From contig JBNJNM010000011.1 of the NCBI GenBank assembly GCA_052426225.1, forward strand, positions 4,836,001-4,900,000: a stretch of 64,000 nt of DNA, written 5' to 3'. Position numbers and translations under genes: made by a program. Shown here piece after piece: positions 48,701 through 60,664 of the stretch; the stretch's first letter is position 1; the number at the start of each line of letters is the position of its first letter. This DNA comes from Zancudomyces culisetae HAW-14-8 (taxonomy: Eukaryota; Fungi; Kickxellomycota). The notes under the pieces are model-generated. The model worked only from the letters and a program-made list of their open reading frames with translations. It was not told the DNA's origin and ran no database searches.

Positions 48701-49294
48701 CATAAAAATAAGTTTTATTCTAGATTCTTGTCACCAACGATCACCTTTATCGATTCCTCTATTCCATTTATCAATAGTATTGATCCCTCCAAGTATCTGG
48801 TCTTGTTGGATATTTTGAAACTACTGTTGGCTCCAGTGAGCCCAGCTAGTCCAGCGGATATAGCCTGTACCTCTGAGACAAACAAAAATACTTCCTTCAA
48901 CGCTAATACAACCAATGCAACCAATACAACCAATACAGCCAACCAAAGAAATCTTACTACCAAACTTTCGCTCGCACTATTGAAATCCTCCATCTCCTGC
49001 TATTTCAATATATTGTCAATTAACTATAATATTAATTATTTACACTTCATCCTACCATACCTCAAACATAAATCGTTTCCGGTTTTGCGTCAGTTTACAG
49101 CAGATTGCTTATACAACCTAATGATGTGCTCGTCTTTGCAAGTAGACGAACATGATGTTATTGGTGAGAACGAGTCTACCAGTACAGATAGCCATTGTTA
49201 TGTAAATAACGTGCTTCTGGAAACCGACTGGGCTTCAATAAACGGATTTGAACTGGAAAAGGCATATGAGCATCTGTTCACCCTTTTTTCATAA
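45725..49294 (+). CDS. TBCD: Tubulin-folding cofactor D
   Basis: YQENP..LD, VRGMKTIVKFF, WESRYV.L.WL.LLVLIPFD, IRWG..K, WHGGIL.LAELAR, GANIRDASCY..W, FDREVHVRRAASAAFQELVGR, YKVDHRGDVGSWVR. Confidence 0.95.
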   Translation: MNVEEKEEGFKEKDEYFELTSELLTTLKTNEKQNDGENAGGIKADARMKKVVEKISNIVSRYQENPTVLDKYIEKMTIELIKSVDIVNYRRFGKHNDTIFTILACLGNVRGMKTIVKFFGSEVDKIEKLIKYTSYLVKKGGEQGCWESRYVCLSWLGLLVLIPFDFRIIDSSKYNNQNINKSGNEEKENPKEENDGVGEFEMKEIENKLKVKFDWMNSRDLIGEMLIIAMYTSLTKHGKEAEAANVMLGRMLTRKECKDYYNDIARAITKRQFERETKSGGVGIGILKEISKVANRDQIEVFREIVNILVEQDSDRKVEEIKLLGRIGLVLGGEVEGRGDEECMGKIMDYLLCGIRDKNTKIRWGSVKYVSRIAKNINVAETTAAIIDEVIDELEEDLIVDGKDYSLVNEHSWHGGILLLAELARLRLVQGSLIDKIVGVAKKALRYEVVRGNNYAVGANIRDASCYLAWTIARTSSLGGEELAGELLLRAVFDREVHVRRAASAAFQELVGRNRQVKDKGGLDLLLVIDYYSIGNARSIKDMVSKIIKIGVPSYKKLIEEYIFEVGIYHWDIKCRIDTLDSIEVLIDLLFNNSLDLLHAKYYTAIVQNINSPQLRIRHGCILTLKYFNIDVINLIPGLISKRYLDGFGAEDTLMAIYELSSTVGKFNAADSHEYDASTCAWWLNLYFSQSKVVTDLPNKIKIAAYFTEFIAALYNKNRNNKGENDEKHTDEDFTAKLSGLYNRIVETQNILFMQCFIKFAENTDLLKSAINFLLDITTNYKSPIEHQNQALIALNYVIDRFSLTPQLAAQLNISGIQKVLVKYGLFNYKVDHRGDVGSWVRLQSLSCIYSLLPFINASENLFNSDYEALLSTVLGQLLSTIPKIRQQSFILLSKLSELCPPSSFYSTTIFNNLTALDDFGAYSRILSIPPPRSYTFFFANFVYLASPSSPSSQSTKTLAFDALVDYYSSNPLMYIPHLSRLLSLTISSATTHKNKFYSRFLSPTITFIDSSIPFINSIDPSKYLVLLDILKLLLAPVSPASPADIACTSETNKNTSFNANTTNATNTTNTANQRNLTTKLSLALLKSSISCYFNILSINYNINYLHFILPYLKHKSFPVLRQFTADCLYNLMMCSSLQVDEHDVIGENESTSTDSHCYVNNVLLETDWASINGFELEKAYEHLFTLFS

Positions 49295-49572
49295 ATTACA
49301 GTTCACATATACTTCCAAACTCCCATCCCTTTTCTTGCACCACCGTTTTTTTTTTTTTGCTTGGCTGCATTTCACTTACCCGCTAATTCTGTTGTTTGTT
49401 ATTTCCAACAATCTGTTTTAGCTAACCAAAAAAACCGAGCTTAGATTTTTTAAAAAAAATTTTTTAATTCTTGATTCGCACTTTTAATTTTGTTCAACCT
49501 AGAAATTAAATGATAAAAAGCTACTAATATAACGCGATAGAGTATTCAGCCAACAATCCAATTAAAAAGACC

Positions 49573-50820
49573 ATGAATGCAAAGAAACGATCCAAACTAC
49601 CCTCCCGGAACACAGTAATTTTTTGGTCTGTATTGGGTTCGCTGACCGCGTACAAATTCTATAACAATCGGGTGTGTGCTGATTACAGACAGCAGGCCAA
49701 ATTGCGACTTTCTCAAAAGTATGCAGATTTACCCGTAGTTCCACCAACGAAGCAATTCCCACAGCTTCTAGTGATCCTAACAAACATGCCGGGTGAATCG
49801 ACTCTTTACAAGACCCGCGAATATTTTAACGAGTATGTATTGCCTTTACTCACAAGTGCTGCGATTGATTACGAAAAAATTGAAATTATCAATAATAGCG
49901 AAGCAGACACTGAAAATTCAAATAGAAGCGACGAAAGCAAATTAGGGTTTATGAATGGCAGGGTTCATGAATACATCAAGCTTCTAACATTCCAGTATAA
50001 GCGCAACCTGGCACAGCTAGAGCTTGCGCAAGAAGAAATTGGCAACATTGATCCATCGAGAATTGTGACCGATCCCAACAGCAACCACAACGCTGATCAT
50101 AACGATTCCGCAAACGAAAATAATAGCAACATGAAAACGAATAAATTTTCAAAATATCTTCCACCTGAGGTTACTATTGACACACAGTTTTACAAATCAA
50201 ATTATTACAATGCATTGAACCCTTGTGAACAGCTTTCTCGTGACATTTTGGTAATTGGTAGAAATTCCTACGCAGAAACCATTAATGGATTTTATGACGG
50301 ATTAATAACAACATCCTTGCACATAGAAAAACCGGAAAGTGTGCTTAAAGCTGTTGAAAATGGTGACGAAATTGTAGAAACAAAAAACGATGATGAAACA
50401 AAAGTTGATGCTAAAGGTGAAGTTCCTACTGTTATTCCAGAAAGTATGGGGAGTGATGATCATATTACATCGCCACCACGCACACAGGTTTCTGAAAAAC
50501 TGGAATTTCCCAAGATAGGATATTTGGGTTTCAACAACATCACGGGATTTGTTAATGTCCCGAAGCGACTATATAACTGGTTCAATAACTACAGCCAAAC
50601 AAAATACTGCACAGATCGTCTAGAATATCTAATTGACCAGTTCCATACACAACCTACCTCCTCCTCTACACCATTCCCTAGTTCTGCAGATACAGCGCAC
50701 AGAATTGACTACAAGTTAGTTGGTCAGTGGGAGGAACTAAACCTTGCAGGTTTCAGTGGTAAAGAGTGTACTTTTGTCGATTTTGATCAGGAATTTATAG
50801 ACAAACTAAATGTTCTCTGA
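49573..50820 (+). CDS. TIM54: Mitochondrial TIM22-complex subunit Tim54
   Basis: KLPSRNTVIFWSV, YF.EYV.P.L..AA.DYE, LVIGR.SY.E...G, GF.N.P.RLY.WFN. Confidence 0.88.
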   Translation: MNAKKRSKLPSRNTVIFWSVLGSLTAYKFYNNRVCADYRQQAKLRLSQKYADLPVVPPTKQFPQLLVILTNMPGESTLYKTREYFNEYVLPLLTSAAIDYEKIEIINNSEADTENSNRSDESKLGFMNGRVHEYIKLLTFQYKRNLAQLELAQEEIGNIDPSRIVTDPNSNHNADHNDSANENNSNMKTNKFSKYLPPEVTIDTQFYKSNYYNALNPCEQLSRDILVIGRNSYAETINGFYDGLITTSLHIEKPESVLKAVENGDEIVETKNDDETKVDAKGEVPTVIPESMGSDDHITSPPRTQVSEKLEFPKIGYLGFNNITGFVNVPKRLYNWFNNYSQTKYCTDRLEYLIDQFHTQPTSSSTPFPSSADTAHRIDYKLVGQWEELNLAGFSGKECTFVDFDQEFIDKLNVL

Positions 50821-51007
50821 GCGGTTTCTCCCTTTTCTTTCTTTCTAGAAGACACTTTATTTAAATAAAATAACATTTATACAAATACTTTGCTATGAGT
50901 ATTTACTTTGTACATAATCTACAAGTGATTGGGAATATTTTTTACAAAACCTACTCTGAAGTAACACGCACAACCCCTTCCCAATAATACACAACTATTA
51001 TCTTTGA

Positions 51008-53404
51008 TCATCTTATTATAGTTTCTATTTTCTTCTCTTCCTCCACCTCCTTCTCACTACTTAGAATAACCACAGATTCGCGCCTAATTTCATGATGTTG
51101 TTGCTCAAGTTCTCTCATGAGTAGTTTGCGCTTGTACCTTCTATTTAATTTTGGCAAGCACAAAGCAAACACACCACCAATGACAGTCGCAAGAAAGGCT
51201 AAAATAGTTAGAATAACAAAACCTTCCTTGTTGATGTAGTTGTATCCACCGGCTTCTGAATCATTAAAAATGGTGTAATTTACTGTTGGAATAAAGACGA
51301 GTATATTGATGGTAAGAACCAGTAGACCCGTAACGGAGGGCAGTCGAACTGGTCCAAACATTTGTAATATAGATGCAGGTATAACTGACCCAAGCGTACC
51401 ATTACTTATTCCAGCTAGAACCAACACAATATAAATCGGCCAAGTTGTGGGTGAAATTACTTCTGGCATGCCTGGTGTTAATGATGACGAAGGTATAATT
51501 ATAGCTAGTAATAACAATACTGAGATAGCAAATACAAACATCGAGACGCCAATAAATCCGATATATCCTGTCCTATCCGATAAATACCCACCACCAATAA
51601 ATCCCAATAATTGCGATACCACCAAAACGATACATGTAGCTACCCCATTACCTCCGCCATGTTGTATGTTTATCATAAATAGCAGCGTTGATGTCAACCA
51701 GCTGAACATATACCTACCCAATCCGGAAATTAGTGTTGCTGATGCAAGTACTAGAAACCTGGTATCACTAATAATTTTCCAGTCAAAAAATCCTGCTTTT
51801 TTGCTTTTCAGGATATGCATCTTTATTAATAGGCTGGACATCAAGCATCCAACAATAATAATTATTCCCTGTATTTGCATCGCCTTTACGTGCCCGTAAT
51901 TTCTGATTACCGAGTTATTGATGATGCTAAACACCAAAGTACCAAGCGCACAGCCGCTCAATGATATACCAGTCATTAATCCCAGTCTTTTATGATACCA
52001 TTGTGCTAGAATAGTATAAGCGGGAATATAATTAAGGGATATTCCTATTCCAAGTACTATTGCTTGAATTATCATTACAACGCCACTCTCCGCCATGCCA
52101 CTAGACATGCTGGGTAGAAATAGAGTAAGAGCCATTAGCAATCCTCCCAACATTATTGTAATGGTATAACTAGTTAAGTGACCCAGATATCCTGGAATCC
52201 CCAAAACACCTGTTACTCCACAAGACATCATCATTATACCATAATTCAGAATAATTTGATTGAGCTGCGATCTGTTCATACCAAAGTTTTTATCTTTTTC
52301 CCACTCAACTACATTTGTGATAGATATTGAAACTGCTGCCGCGGCAAGCATGCTGGTAGCAAAAAAATGAATTAGAAAACTACCCAAAGCAACTTTAATA
52401 CCCTTTTTGCCATCCATTTCTGTATATTCTACTATTTCTTTTATATTCGTATTAAAACTGATTCCCAAAGTCTTTGTTAATATGTATGCCCACGACTTTT
52501 TTTCTGCTGTATCTATATTTGTAGTAGTTATTTACAAATAAAGTTGTGTTGGTGAATACATTATCAGTACGTATTTAAGGAACTATAATTTCATACAGAC
52601 ACACGCATACACATAAACACACAAATATCCAGAAATGCTAATATTAAAACGTATCAACTCTGACTTTGTCATGTTGTGTAGTTATTAATACAACTTACCA
52701 CTAGTATTCTGTTCATCTTTCTTTAGATCACTTTCAGTATAGCTCTGTATTTCATATGCATTAATATTTGCAGGTATCCTTCTACCCTTTTTTTCGTTTT
52801 CGCTTTTTTTTTTAAACAAAGCATTGAGTCCTGGTGGATCTTGAACCTTATTAAACTCATTCATATCGAATTTTAATATTACTTGCCGGTCATACTCAGT
52901 TATCTGAGGTGAGCCTTCACTCTTGTTACTGTGCGTCTCATCCTGATCCTCAGTTTCACCTCTATTTACTGTTGATACTGCGCGTAGGTTTGGGCTATAC
53001 TTCGTACGTAAATCTTCAACTCTTTCTTTTTCTGACTGGCGTTTATTGCGATCATTTTTACCATTGGACGAACCCGGGATGGCTACACCACCACCATCTA
53101 TACTGGCCTCATCGGTTGTATCTGGTCGTTGATTACGATTTATTTCAAGATCTGTGTCATCACCTATTTTTTTCTTCTTTTTACCTGGAAGCGTACTTGC
53201 CGTCGATTTTATTCGTCGTAGTACTTTTGGAATACCCATCTTGCTACTAACGATATTTTCTTTTAACTTTGCTAACCGGTTTGACTTTTTCGCTTCATGT
53301 TCAGTATTTCCTCTTTCGTTGCTTTTCGATTCTCTATTGGTATTCTTGCCCCCATTGTCGGGGTTATCGCTTCTCGCACTTTCTCTTTCGTTATTATCGG
53401 ACAT
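51008..53404 (-). CDS. MFS transporter, monocarboxylate-porter-like, with long hydrophilic N-terminus; exons 53404-52699 and 52512-51008
   Basis: Phase-1 intron 52698-52513 (GTAAGT...TAG) joins the 239-aa ORF to the TM ORF; AQWYHKRLGLMTGISLSG and GYLSDRTG MFS motifs; about 12 TM. Confidence 0.82.
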
Positions 53405-55588
53405 ATCTTCTTATTATCGGTTTTTTTTCTATATCAGATCAACAAACTCAAGGTGTATCAACTGATATGTGTTTGGCTTCGTATTAATCGATATTTCTAC
53501 TCGAAACTAAATCCATAAGCATACCAATATTATTAAGAGTTCTGTGTTGACTTGGTCAGATATTATAATTGCTTTGTTATCAAGTATGTACATTTATTAG
53601 CTCAATGATATTATAAAAATACTTTATCATATATTTTGGTGTTAACGAGATTTTTTTTGCCTCGTATACCGCGTTTTAAAGTATTAAAAGGACTCTTGTA
53701 CTGTATTAGCAGGGGTTTGTAGCAACTATATTATAGTGTTGATATTACGTGTTTTATATTTATATGGTCTATAGTTGACCTTGATTATGATGGACCGTGA
53801 TAGAGATTTCCTGGTGTTTACTAGAAATATGTTTTTCAAGCTACTATAAATTTCTTCATAATTTATTATGTTAACCAAAAACACCAAAAAAAAAAGAGTC
53901 AAGTCAAACAATCTAGTAGCACTGTTCCAATATTATTTCCCTCCTCCCTCCTTTTGTTTACTGGTGTTTTTGTTACTTTTTAATAGGGCGGAAATATTCG
54001 AAAGCTCTAAACTGCACACAAATAAAAAACAAAAGCCATAGAGTTCATTCAAAATAGTTGAAGCCGTCAACTCCTAATACTTCCTATACAAGAGTTGCTG
54101 TTAACTCCATGGTTGTAATTCATAACTTTATTTTTTTTTTGTAAAAAAATAAAAACAAGGAGCTGGAATGATAGGATATGTAACCCTCAACTCTGCTGAA
54201 AGATCTTTCACAAATTGAAATACACAATAATAACCCATAGATTGCTTGATACCAATCATCTGTTTATTTACTAAGCTGTTTGTGACATTTCTTATACATA
54301 AAAGAAAAACCAAATCCCAGAAAGTAAACCTTTGTCGATATACTACATTTACAAGGGGCGCGAGTAACAGAATGTTAGAGAGGTGCTGATAAAAAATAGC
54401 TGTGTCAATTTGCACATAAAAAGTTTTAGCAATCCTCCACGAGCACTGGATCAAAGGCAGCGATTGCGTAGCCATTTACAAAACGAACCTATTGAAAAAA
54501 ATATATACACTGGTTGTCTTTTTTATGGAGGCGTCGAGCATTAGTGTATACAAATCATATTCTTTATTTTAAAGTTGTTTTGGTCTTTGCTTTTAGTTTT
54601 TAAACATTGTAAATAAAGCCTGGTTGTCATTATAAAGTTATTCAACCTTTAATTGCTCAAATGTTTTTTCTATTTTGTGAGGGGGAATTTAGCCTTAAAT
54701 TGATCGATCAAGTTCATTTATTTGACTGATTTGGTTGACACATCAAAATATTTTAAACCACAAAGAAGAAAAAGTGGCTGAATTAAAATTCAGGTTAAGT
54801 TGGCAATCGAAACCATGAGAAAGCCAATAAACGCTACGATTGCAAGGCACACAGAATTCAGTGAAAAATGGTATGTCTGGGGCATAAATCCAGCAGCTCG
54901 AAAGGTGCTATAGCTGCAAAGACTAATTACGCAAGCTGGGTGTGGTACGCCAAAGTATGAATTTTTTTTTTCTTAGATGAATTTATGAAGTAAATATCAC
55001 ATAAAACTACAAAAAATAATCCTACAAAATATCTACCTAACCAATTCCCCTTCGTCCCTCTAGGGACTCCATACCCACCGGGCGTTGGTTCAAGGAGGTT
55101 GTTTCTGACTTAAGTCGGTCTAAGATTTGCATCCTCGTTCGACATATTCCCTTCAAAAATTGTGCCGTTACCAGCTCAACCAAAGACGGTGCTTCGGCTT
55201 CTCTCTTCTTAACGAAAAGAATAACCGTTCCTTTTGACACCCTTCCAAGGAATCGAAGTATTAATGCCGATTTCTTAAAACTCGAATATATTTTTTTTGC
55301 TCAGAGTAATACATGTACATGAATACATGCGTGTTTTATTATATCGATATGCCTATTAGGCTTGTGGACCTTTTTGGAGTTTATAACGCGTAATGCACAC
55401 AAAATACTTTGGTTTACAAATTTTATTCTGAGAGCAAAGCAAATATATAAAAAGCAATCGGATAATACTACTTAAAAGAGGCGATTCGTGCGTCAGTACA
55501 GCTTTAAATAGAGCATTTTCCATCGATATATAAAAGAAAAAAAGCAAAGGCTGAGTAAAGAAAATAAAATATAAGCAAAAAAAATCAT

Positions 55589-58500
55589 TCAGAATTCAGT
55601 ATCTTGGATAAGCTCCTTGATATGGAAAAGCAGCTTTTCAAATTTGTTGGTACAACCCTTTAATCTTGTGATTGTTATTGCATATTTGTTACTATTTCTA
55701 ATCAGCACTTTTTTCTGTTTTAACTGTACAAGTTCCACCTTTATCAAAATTGAATGATGATCCATCACATCTATCTCATCCAACTCGGAGGGGCCTGTAC
55801 CGTATTGAGCCAATAAACAACTTGTCGGGTAATTAACAGGGTTGATGACCTTTGTTATTCTCTCGTTATTATCATTGTAATACACCTGCTTTTGGGTGTG
55901 GACACCACTTGTTCCAGCATCTCTACTTCTCTTTTGACCGTGAGACTCTTCGTTGCTTTCTTTATTTTTACTGGAAAAGAGTTTTTCAACGATGTTCTTA
56001 TTTTGAGCAAAGTATGCAGAGTTTTTTTGCTTGAGGCTCATGACGGCTTCAGTACTTATGTTTACTTTTCTTTGTGAAAAACTGCTTCTTCTGAGCTCGG
56101 TCGACTTTTTTATCATAACTCTTCTTTTCTTTCCTCTGACGTATCTACTAGCCCAGGTAAACCCATATGGCAATATTTTTTTCCCTATCTGAATATCAAT
56201 AGAGTCCATACTATCACTTTCTTCAGGTGAGCAGTAGCAGCAGTATACCTTTTTTTCAAACTTTTCCTTTAAGAGCTCATCTATACTGCCGGATTCCGTT
56301 ACATTCTCGTTTTCAACACATTTCTTTCGAGAAAAGGTGTTATTGCTTGGTATGAGTGAGAAATGATCGAATGGTTTTGTGCTTTTACCCTTCAGCGTGT
56401 CTTTTTCAACGGCTGCTATGTGTACTGATTGTGATGTATTTAGATACTCTTTAAAGTTTACGTATACGAGCTCCGGAAACTGACTCCCGCAGTAATCTCC
56501 AAAGTTGCCGAGAGGTTCCCCATGGTTACTTATTTTTCCTAGGAGCACATTTGGAAGACATTCATCTTTTATATTACATTCCCTAATGCTGGATTCGCTT
56601 ACGTAGATGCATGAAAGATCGTTTTCTTCTAATATGTTTTTTACCTTTGCCAAGATGGATTGTATCAATTCAGCTGGTGTTTGTTTACGTTTCCTGTTTT
56701 TTGCCGCTTGGTAAATATCCACCCTGTTGACTATACGATCCGTATTCTCAATTTTTCTCAATTGTTGATGATTCGGCTTGTACAATAATAATTGACTTTT
56801 TTTTGGAGCAAGTTTATCTTGTGAATCATAAATGGCAGAGTCCACAATACGAGCTTTTTTGAAAGCTGTATCGTTATGCTGTTTGTATTTTGTGTTATAA
56901 AAAATATCGCTATAGACAGGCTTTTCACTGTGAAATCCACCTTCAATATTGTTGGTGTTTTTGAGTTTTAGGCTCATGTTGTAATACAATGTTGGAAGCG
57001 TTGAAAAAAGCTTGTTAAAAATCCCAAGTTTCAAAAAGTACCTGCTTTTAACTTCTGGATTTCCATTTAAATCAAACAGTATCTTTGACTTTTCGCCAAA
57101 GCTACCAGTAAAGGTAGACTCTTCCACCATAACTCCTTTTTCTTTTTTTGTGTGTACTTTTAGATTACTTCTTTTCAAATTCTGTGTGTTAGAGGGGTCA
57201 GTACACGATAACAATGGCAGTTCGTCCAGCCATAATACTCCATTCTTGGTTCTGTACAGCTGAGAAAGTAGTAGATTATAAAACTTCAGAATCACAAATG
57301 CTCGCAAATCCAACACACTGCTATCGCCATTGAAAGTGTGTTTTATGCTTGCATGTCTTGTAAGAGATTTTGAACCTTTAGATATACCTGCACTAGATCT
57401 GGACAAGATACTGCTCAAGGTCAAAACAATTAGCTCAATTGAGATACCCAAGCAATCTGATACTGCTTTTACAACGTTAGCGTTCAAGGGTTCTTTTATT
57501 TCCATACTGTTACATTCCTCGGCCATACCCGTTTTTTTAATATTTTTAAAAGAACAGTATTTACAACAAAGCCCCATCATTTCCTCTTCGTTGCTAGAAA
57601 TCTCCTTGTAGACATCAGAAACGCATCTAGCATCCTTTAAGGGTGAACCAATTTGGGAGTAAGGCGCATTTTCAATCTGGTATATTTCAAGCGATTCTTC
57701 CCTAAACCACCTGTGGTTAAGAATTTGTTTGGAATTGTATCTTCTTGTCTTGTTTGGCTGAATCATATTTTGAAGTAGATCAACTACATCCTGGCTCATG
57801 TTTGGGTAAATCTTAAACTCACCTTTCTCAATTTTTTTAAAGTTTTTTGGCTGTGTAGGGTCCGAAAAAGGAAACTTTCCTGTTAGCATAACATATAAAA
57901 GCACACCTAATGACCATATATCTATTTCAGGTCCACTATATGGCTCACCTTTTAAAATCTCAGGTGCAGTATAGGGCATACTGCCACAAAACGTATCTAA
58001 AGGTCCATTAAGTTTGTAGAAGTTTGCCAACCCAAAATCTATCAGTTTGACGCATCCTATTGGACTGTATTTGCCTCCATGACCTTCATAGCTATATCTT
58101 GAATTGTTTTGTAAATTTTGTGACTTTGGGGTTTCTCGTTTGTGTTTATATTCCGTTCTTTTTAGTCTAACATCATCAAGCTTTTGTGCTTCAGAGTAAT
58201 CGATCAATATGTTTTCCAGTTTAATGTCTCTGTGTACAATGAAATTCTTATGACACAATGCTATTGTTTCAACTAATGGTCTTAAAATTTGTTTTGCCTC
58301 TTTTTCATCAATTCCATTTTCACCAACACGCTCAGCTAGTGTTGGGCCGTTTATGTGCTCGTAGAATAAGTAAAAGTGTGTTTTTGTCATTTTAAAATCA
58401 TACAACGGTACAATATGTGGTGTAATTTTCCCCATAACTGCGCTCAGATTTGCCTCTCTGAGTATTCTCTTGTCAATAACTTTATGTTTTTTTTCATCAT

Positions 58501-60664
58501 TACCATCCTTATTTATGGCATATCTTTGAACAACTTTAACCGCAAACACTTGTTGTGTTAGTGTATTTCGCATCAAAATCACTCTTCCATAACTTCCTTT
58601 TCCCAGATTCTTAATGATTTTATACTCGTCCAATGGGGTATTGAAAACAAATGTTTTTGCACAAGAACTATTGATATTATTAGTGTACTCAAATTCCCTT
58701 TTGATATTGGTCTCTTTGTTGCTCTTTGAGTTTTTCTTTGCCTTAAACCCTGTTTTTAAAATCAAACTCAAATCTGAACCCGAACTCAATTCCAAAGTAT
58801 CTGGCATCGTTTGAAACTCTTCACTGCACCCTGAAATTTGTTTATTTTCAGCATATCCTGAATACTCGTTGTTTGCATTTCTGGTACTTTGTATAGGCTG
58901 GCTTTTGCCTTGATTATCTAGGAAAACCTTTGAGTCTGATATCAACTCTCGCTTTTTCATAGTGGTTTTGTTAGTCCCGCTAGTTAATCTTGTGCTTGGT
59001 TTTTTTATACTAATGTCATTCTTCACTACCCTTATCTGTTCTGGATGCCTTCTACTGGTTCTTTTAGTATCCATATTTATTACTCCGTCTTTTAGTTTTA
59101 GCAGCTTATCAGTAGATTTTGGTTCAGTCACTGGGTTTGCATCAGTAAACTCGGTTGTGTGTACACCGGAAGCTTTGTATTCTTTATACTCGATGTTGAG
59201 TGGATCTCTGTGTGGTGGAAAATCCTCATATCGAAATAAATCCTCATTATACAATATCCTATTTCCCACGCTAGTCTCTTGTACAGTATTGTGTATAGCA
59301 TTTTCTACAACACTTTCAACAAGAGGCTGTATGTCATTTTTTGCAGAGGTTTGTATAACAACAGGTTTACTTTCTTTTCTATTAGTGCGTTCGCCACACT
59401 GTAGATTGTATGTATTGTCTGAACTGTTATTTTTTTTACTTGGACAGACTCTTTCGCCATCTTTGGTAGTTTTTTTCAGTGTAATGAAGTCATGTTCAAG
59501 TTGTTTTTGATTCGAGTCTTTTACACTTCCTGTAGAACTTGCCAGGCTCGCCTTGTCTGCATTCGGTGATAAAACTTTTACTGATTGAGCTATCTCAGCA
59601 TTAGCGATATGGTTTTCAAAATTGATACTATTGTTGCTCTTAGGTGTGGAGTCAAGGAAACTATTTTTTTTGCTTTTTAATGAACCTAATAGTGAACTTT
59701 TCCTTTTCGAAATACATATTTTATTATTCACTTTTTTTTTTGGTGTCAAATTTTTAGAACCATCTTTTGTGTTAACTCTATACTCTTCTTTCTTAACATG
59801 GTGTTTGTCATTTGTACTATTTTCTCCCAGTTGTTCGTATGTGTATACCGTTTCTTGACCACTTTTTGACGTTGCATCTTTGATTTGTTTTGAAAAAAAA
59901 TCATCTCTGTGTTGGATGTTCTCGAAACCAATTTTCAAATTAAACTTTTCTGCATCTTCACCATCCTTATTATTCAAAAACCCATCGTTTAGCCCAAGCA
60001 AATTAGTATACCCACCTTGGTTACTAATGTCTTTTTTCTCCAGAATATTCTCCCAATCAGCTTTCTTTTCTCTGCTACTTAGTCTTCTTCGATATCCTCT
60101 TTTTTTGGTTCGCCTCATAGATGTACTGGACCGTCCATTATTTGACACATGTGGATGTGGATGTGGGTGTGGGTGTGGATGTGGATGTGGATGTGGATGT
60201 AAATTCATGCTCGTGTATATATGCATAGATTGGTTATTGGTACATGGGGCACTACGCATTCTTCGGGATGAATTGTACCTCTTTTCTGGGTTTAAATATG
60301 CAGATGCTAACAGCCTTTTTTCAGAGTGACGGTTTGAAATTACTTTTTCTTTGTTAACGCCACCTGGTTTTGTCTCACCATCGGCAATTCTCTTGATAGC
60401 ACTAGTGCCTTTAGAATTAATGTTTATGTACACATCCTTTGCACTATTTTCAAACAAAAACGATTCCAGCTCGTTTGGTTTGATTTTTCTGATGTACTTG
60501 TGTTTTTTGATTTTATTTTGAGCCGAAATGCCTATGTTTTCTGGGAGAAGTACACTGTTTTCTAGAGGCTGGAAGCCTCTTGGTTTTTTGTTATTAAATC
60601 TTTTTTTTACCAGATCCAGATTACATTCAAGCACATTGACACTACTTATAGTTCCCTTTAGCAT
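55589..60664 (-). CDS. Ser/Thr kinase of the KIN1/MARK (CAMKL) family with very long extensions (1691 aa)
   Basis: LGKGSYGRV, FAVK, HRDIKLEN, DFGLAN, TFCGSMPYTAPE, YSGPEIDIWSLGV; KA1-like C-terminus (RLKG...F). Confidence 0.88.
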   Translation of the reverse strand: MLKGTISSVNVLECNLDLVKKRFNNKKPRGFQPLENSVLLPENIGISAQNKIKKHKYIRKIKPNELESFLFENSAKDVYININSKGTSAIKRIADGETKPGGVNKEKVISNRHSEKRLLASAYLNPEKRYNSSRRMRSAPCTNNQSMHIYTSMNLHPHPHPHPHPHPHPHPHVSNNGRSSTSMRRTKKRGYRRRLSSREKKADWENILEKKDISNQGGYTNLLGLNDGFLNNKDGEDAEKFNLKIGFENIQHRDDFFSKQIKDATSKSGQETVYTYEQLGENSTNDKHHVKKEEYRVNTKDGSKNLTPKKKVNNKICISKRKSSLLGSLKSKKNSFLDSTPKSNNSINFENHIANAEIAQSVKVLSPNADKASLASSTGSVKDSNQKQLEHDFITLKKTTKDGERVCPSKKNNSSDNTYNLQCGERTNRKESKPVVIQTSAKNDIQPLVESVVENAIHNTVQETSVGNRILYNEDLFRYEDFPPHRDPLNIEYKEYKASGVHTTEFTDANPVTEPKSTDKLLKLKDGVINMDTKRTSRRHPEQIRVVKNDISIKKPSTRLTSGTNKTTMKKRELISDSKVFLDNQGKSQPIQSTRNANNEYSGYAENKQISGCSEEFQTMPDTLELSSGSDLSLILKTGFKAKKNSKSNKETNIKREFEYTNNINSSCAKTFVFNTPLDEYKIIKNLGKGSYGRVILMRNTLTQQVFAVKVVQRYAINKDGNDEKKHKVIDKRILREANLSAVMGKITPHIVPLYDFKMTKTHFYLFYEHINGPTLAERVGENGIDEKEAKQILRPLVETIALCHKNFIVHRDIKLENILIDYSEAQKLDDVRLKRTEYKHKRETPKSQNLQNNSRYSYEGHGGKYSPIGCVKLIDFGLANFYKLNGPLDTFCGSMPYTAPEILKGEPYSGPEIDIWSLGVLLYVMLTGKFPFSDPTQPKNFKKIEKGEFKIYPNMSQDVVDLLQNMIQPNKTRRYNSKQILNHRWFREESLEIYQIENAPYSQIGSPLKDARCVSDVYKEISSNEEEMMGLCCKYCSFKNIKKTGMAEECNSMEIKEPLNANVVKAVSDCLGISIELIVLTLSSILSRSSAGISKGSKSLTRHASIKHTFNGDSSVLDLRAFVILKFYNLLLSQLYRTKNGVLWLDELPLLSCTDPSNTQNLKRSNLKVHTKKEKGVMVEESTFTGSFGEKSKILFDLNGNPEVKSRYFLKLGIFNKLFSTLPTLYYNMSLKLKNTNNIEGGFHSEKPVYSDIFYNTKYKQHNDTAFKKARIVDSAIYDSQDKLAPKKSQLLLYKPNHQQLRKIENTDRIVNRVDIYQAAKNRKRKQTPAELIQSILAKVKNILEENDLSCIYVSESSIRECNIKDECLPNVLLGKISNHGEPLGNFGDYCGSQFPELVYVNFKEYLNTSQSVHIAAVEKDTLKGKSTKPFDHFSLIPSNNTFSRKKCVENENVTESGSIDELLKEKFEKKVYCCYCSPEESDSMDSIDIQIGKKILPYGFTWASRYVRGKKRRVMIKKSTELRRSSFSQRKVNISTEAVMSLKQKNSAYFAQNKNIVEKLFSSKNKESNEESHGQKRSRDAGTSGVHTQKQVYYNDNNERITKVINPVNYPTSCLLAQYGTGPSELDEIDVMDHHSILIKVELVQLKQKKVLIRNSNKYAITITRLKGCTNKFEKLLFHIKELIQDTEF
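60149..60199 (-). repeat. (CATCCA)n hexamer repeat encoding a His-Pro tract
   Basis: HPHPHPHPHPHPHPHPH in the kinase N-terminus. Confidence 0.9.
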
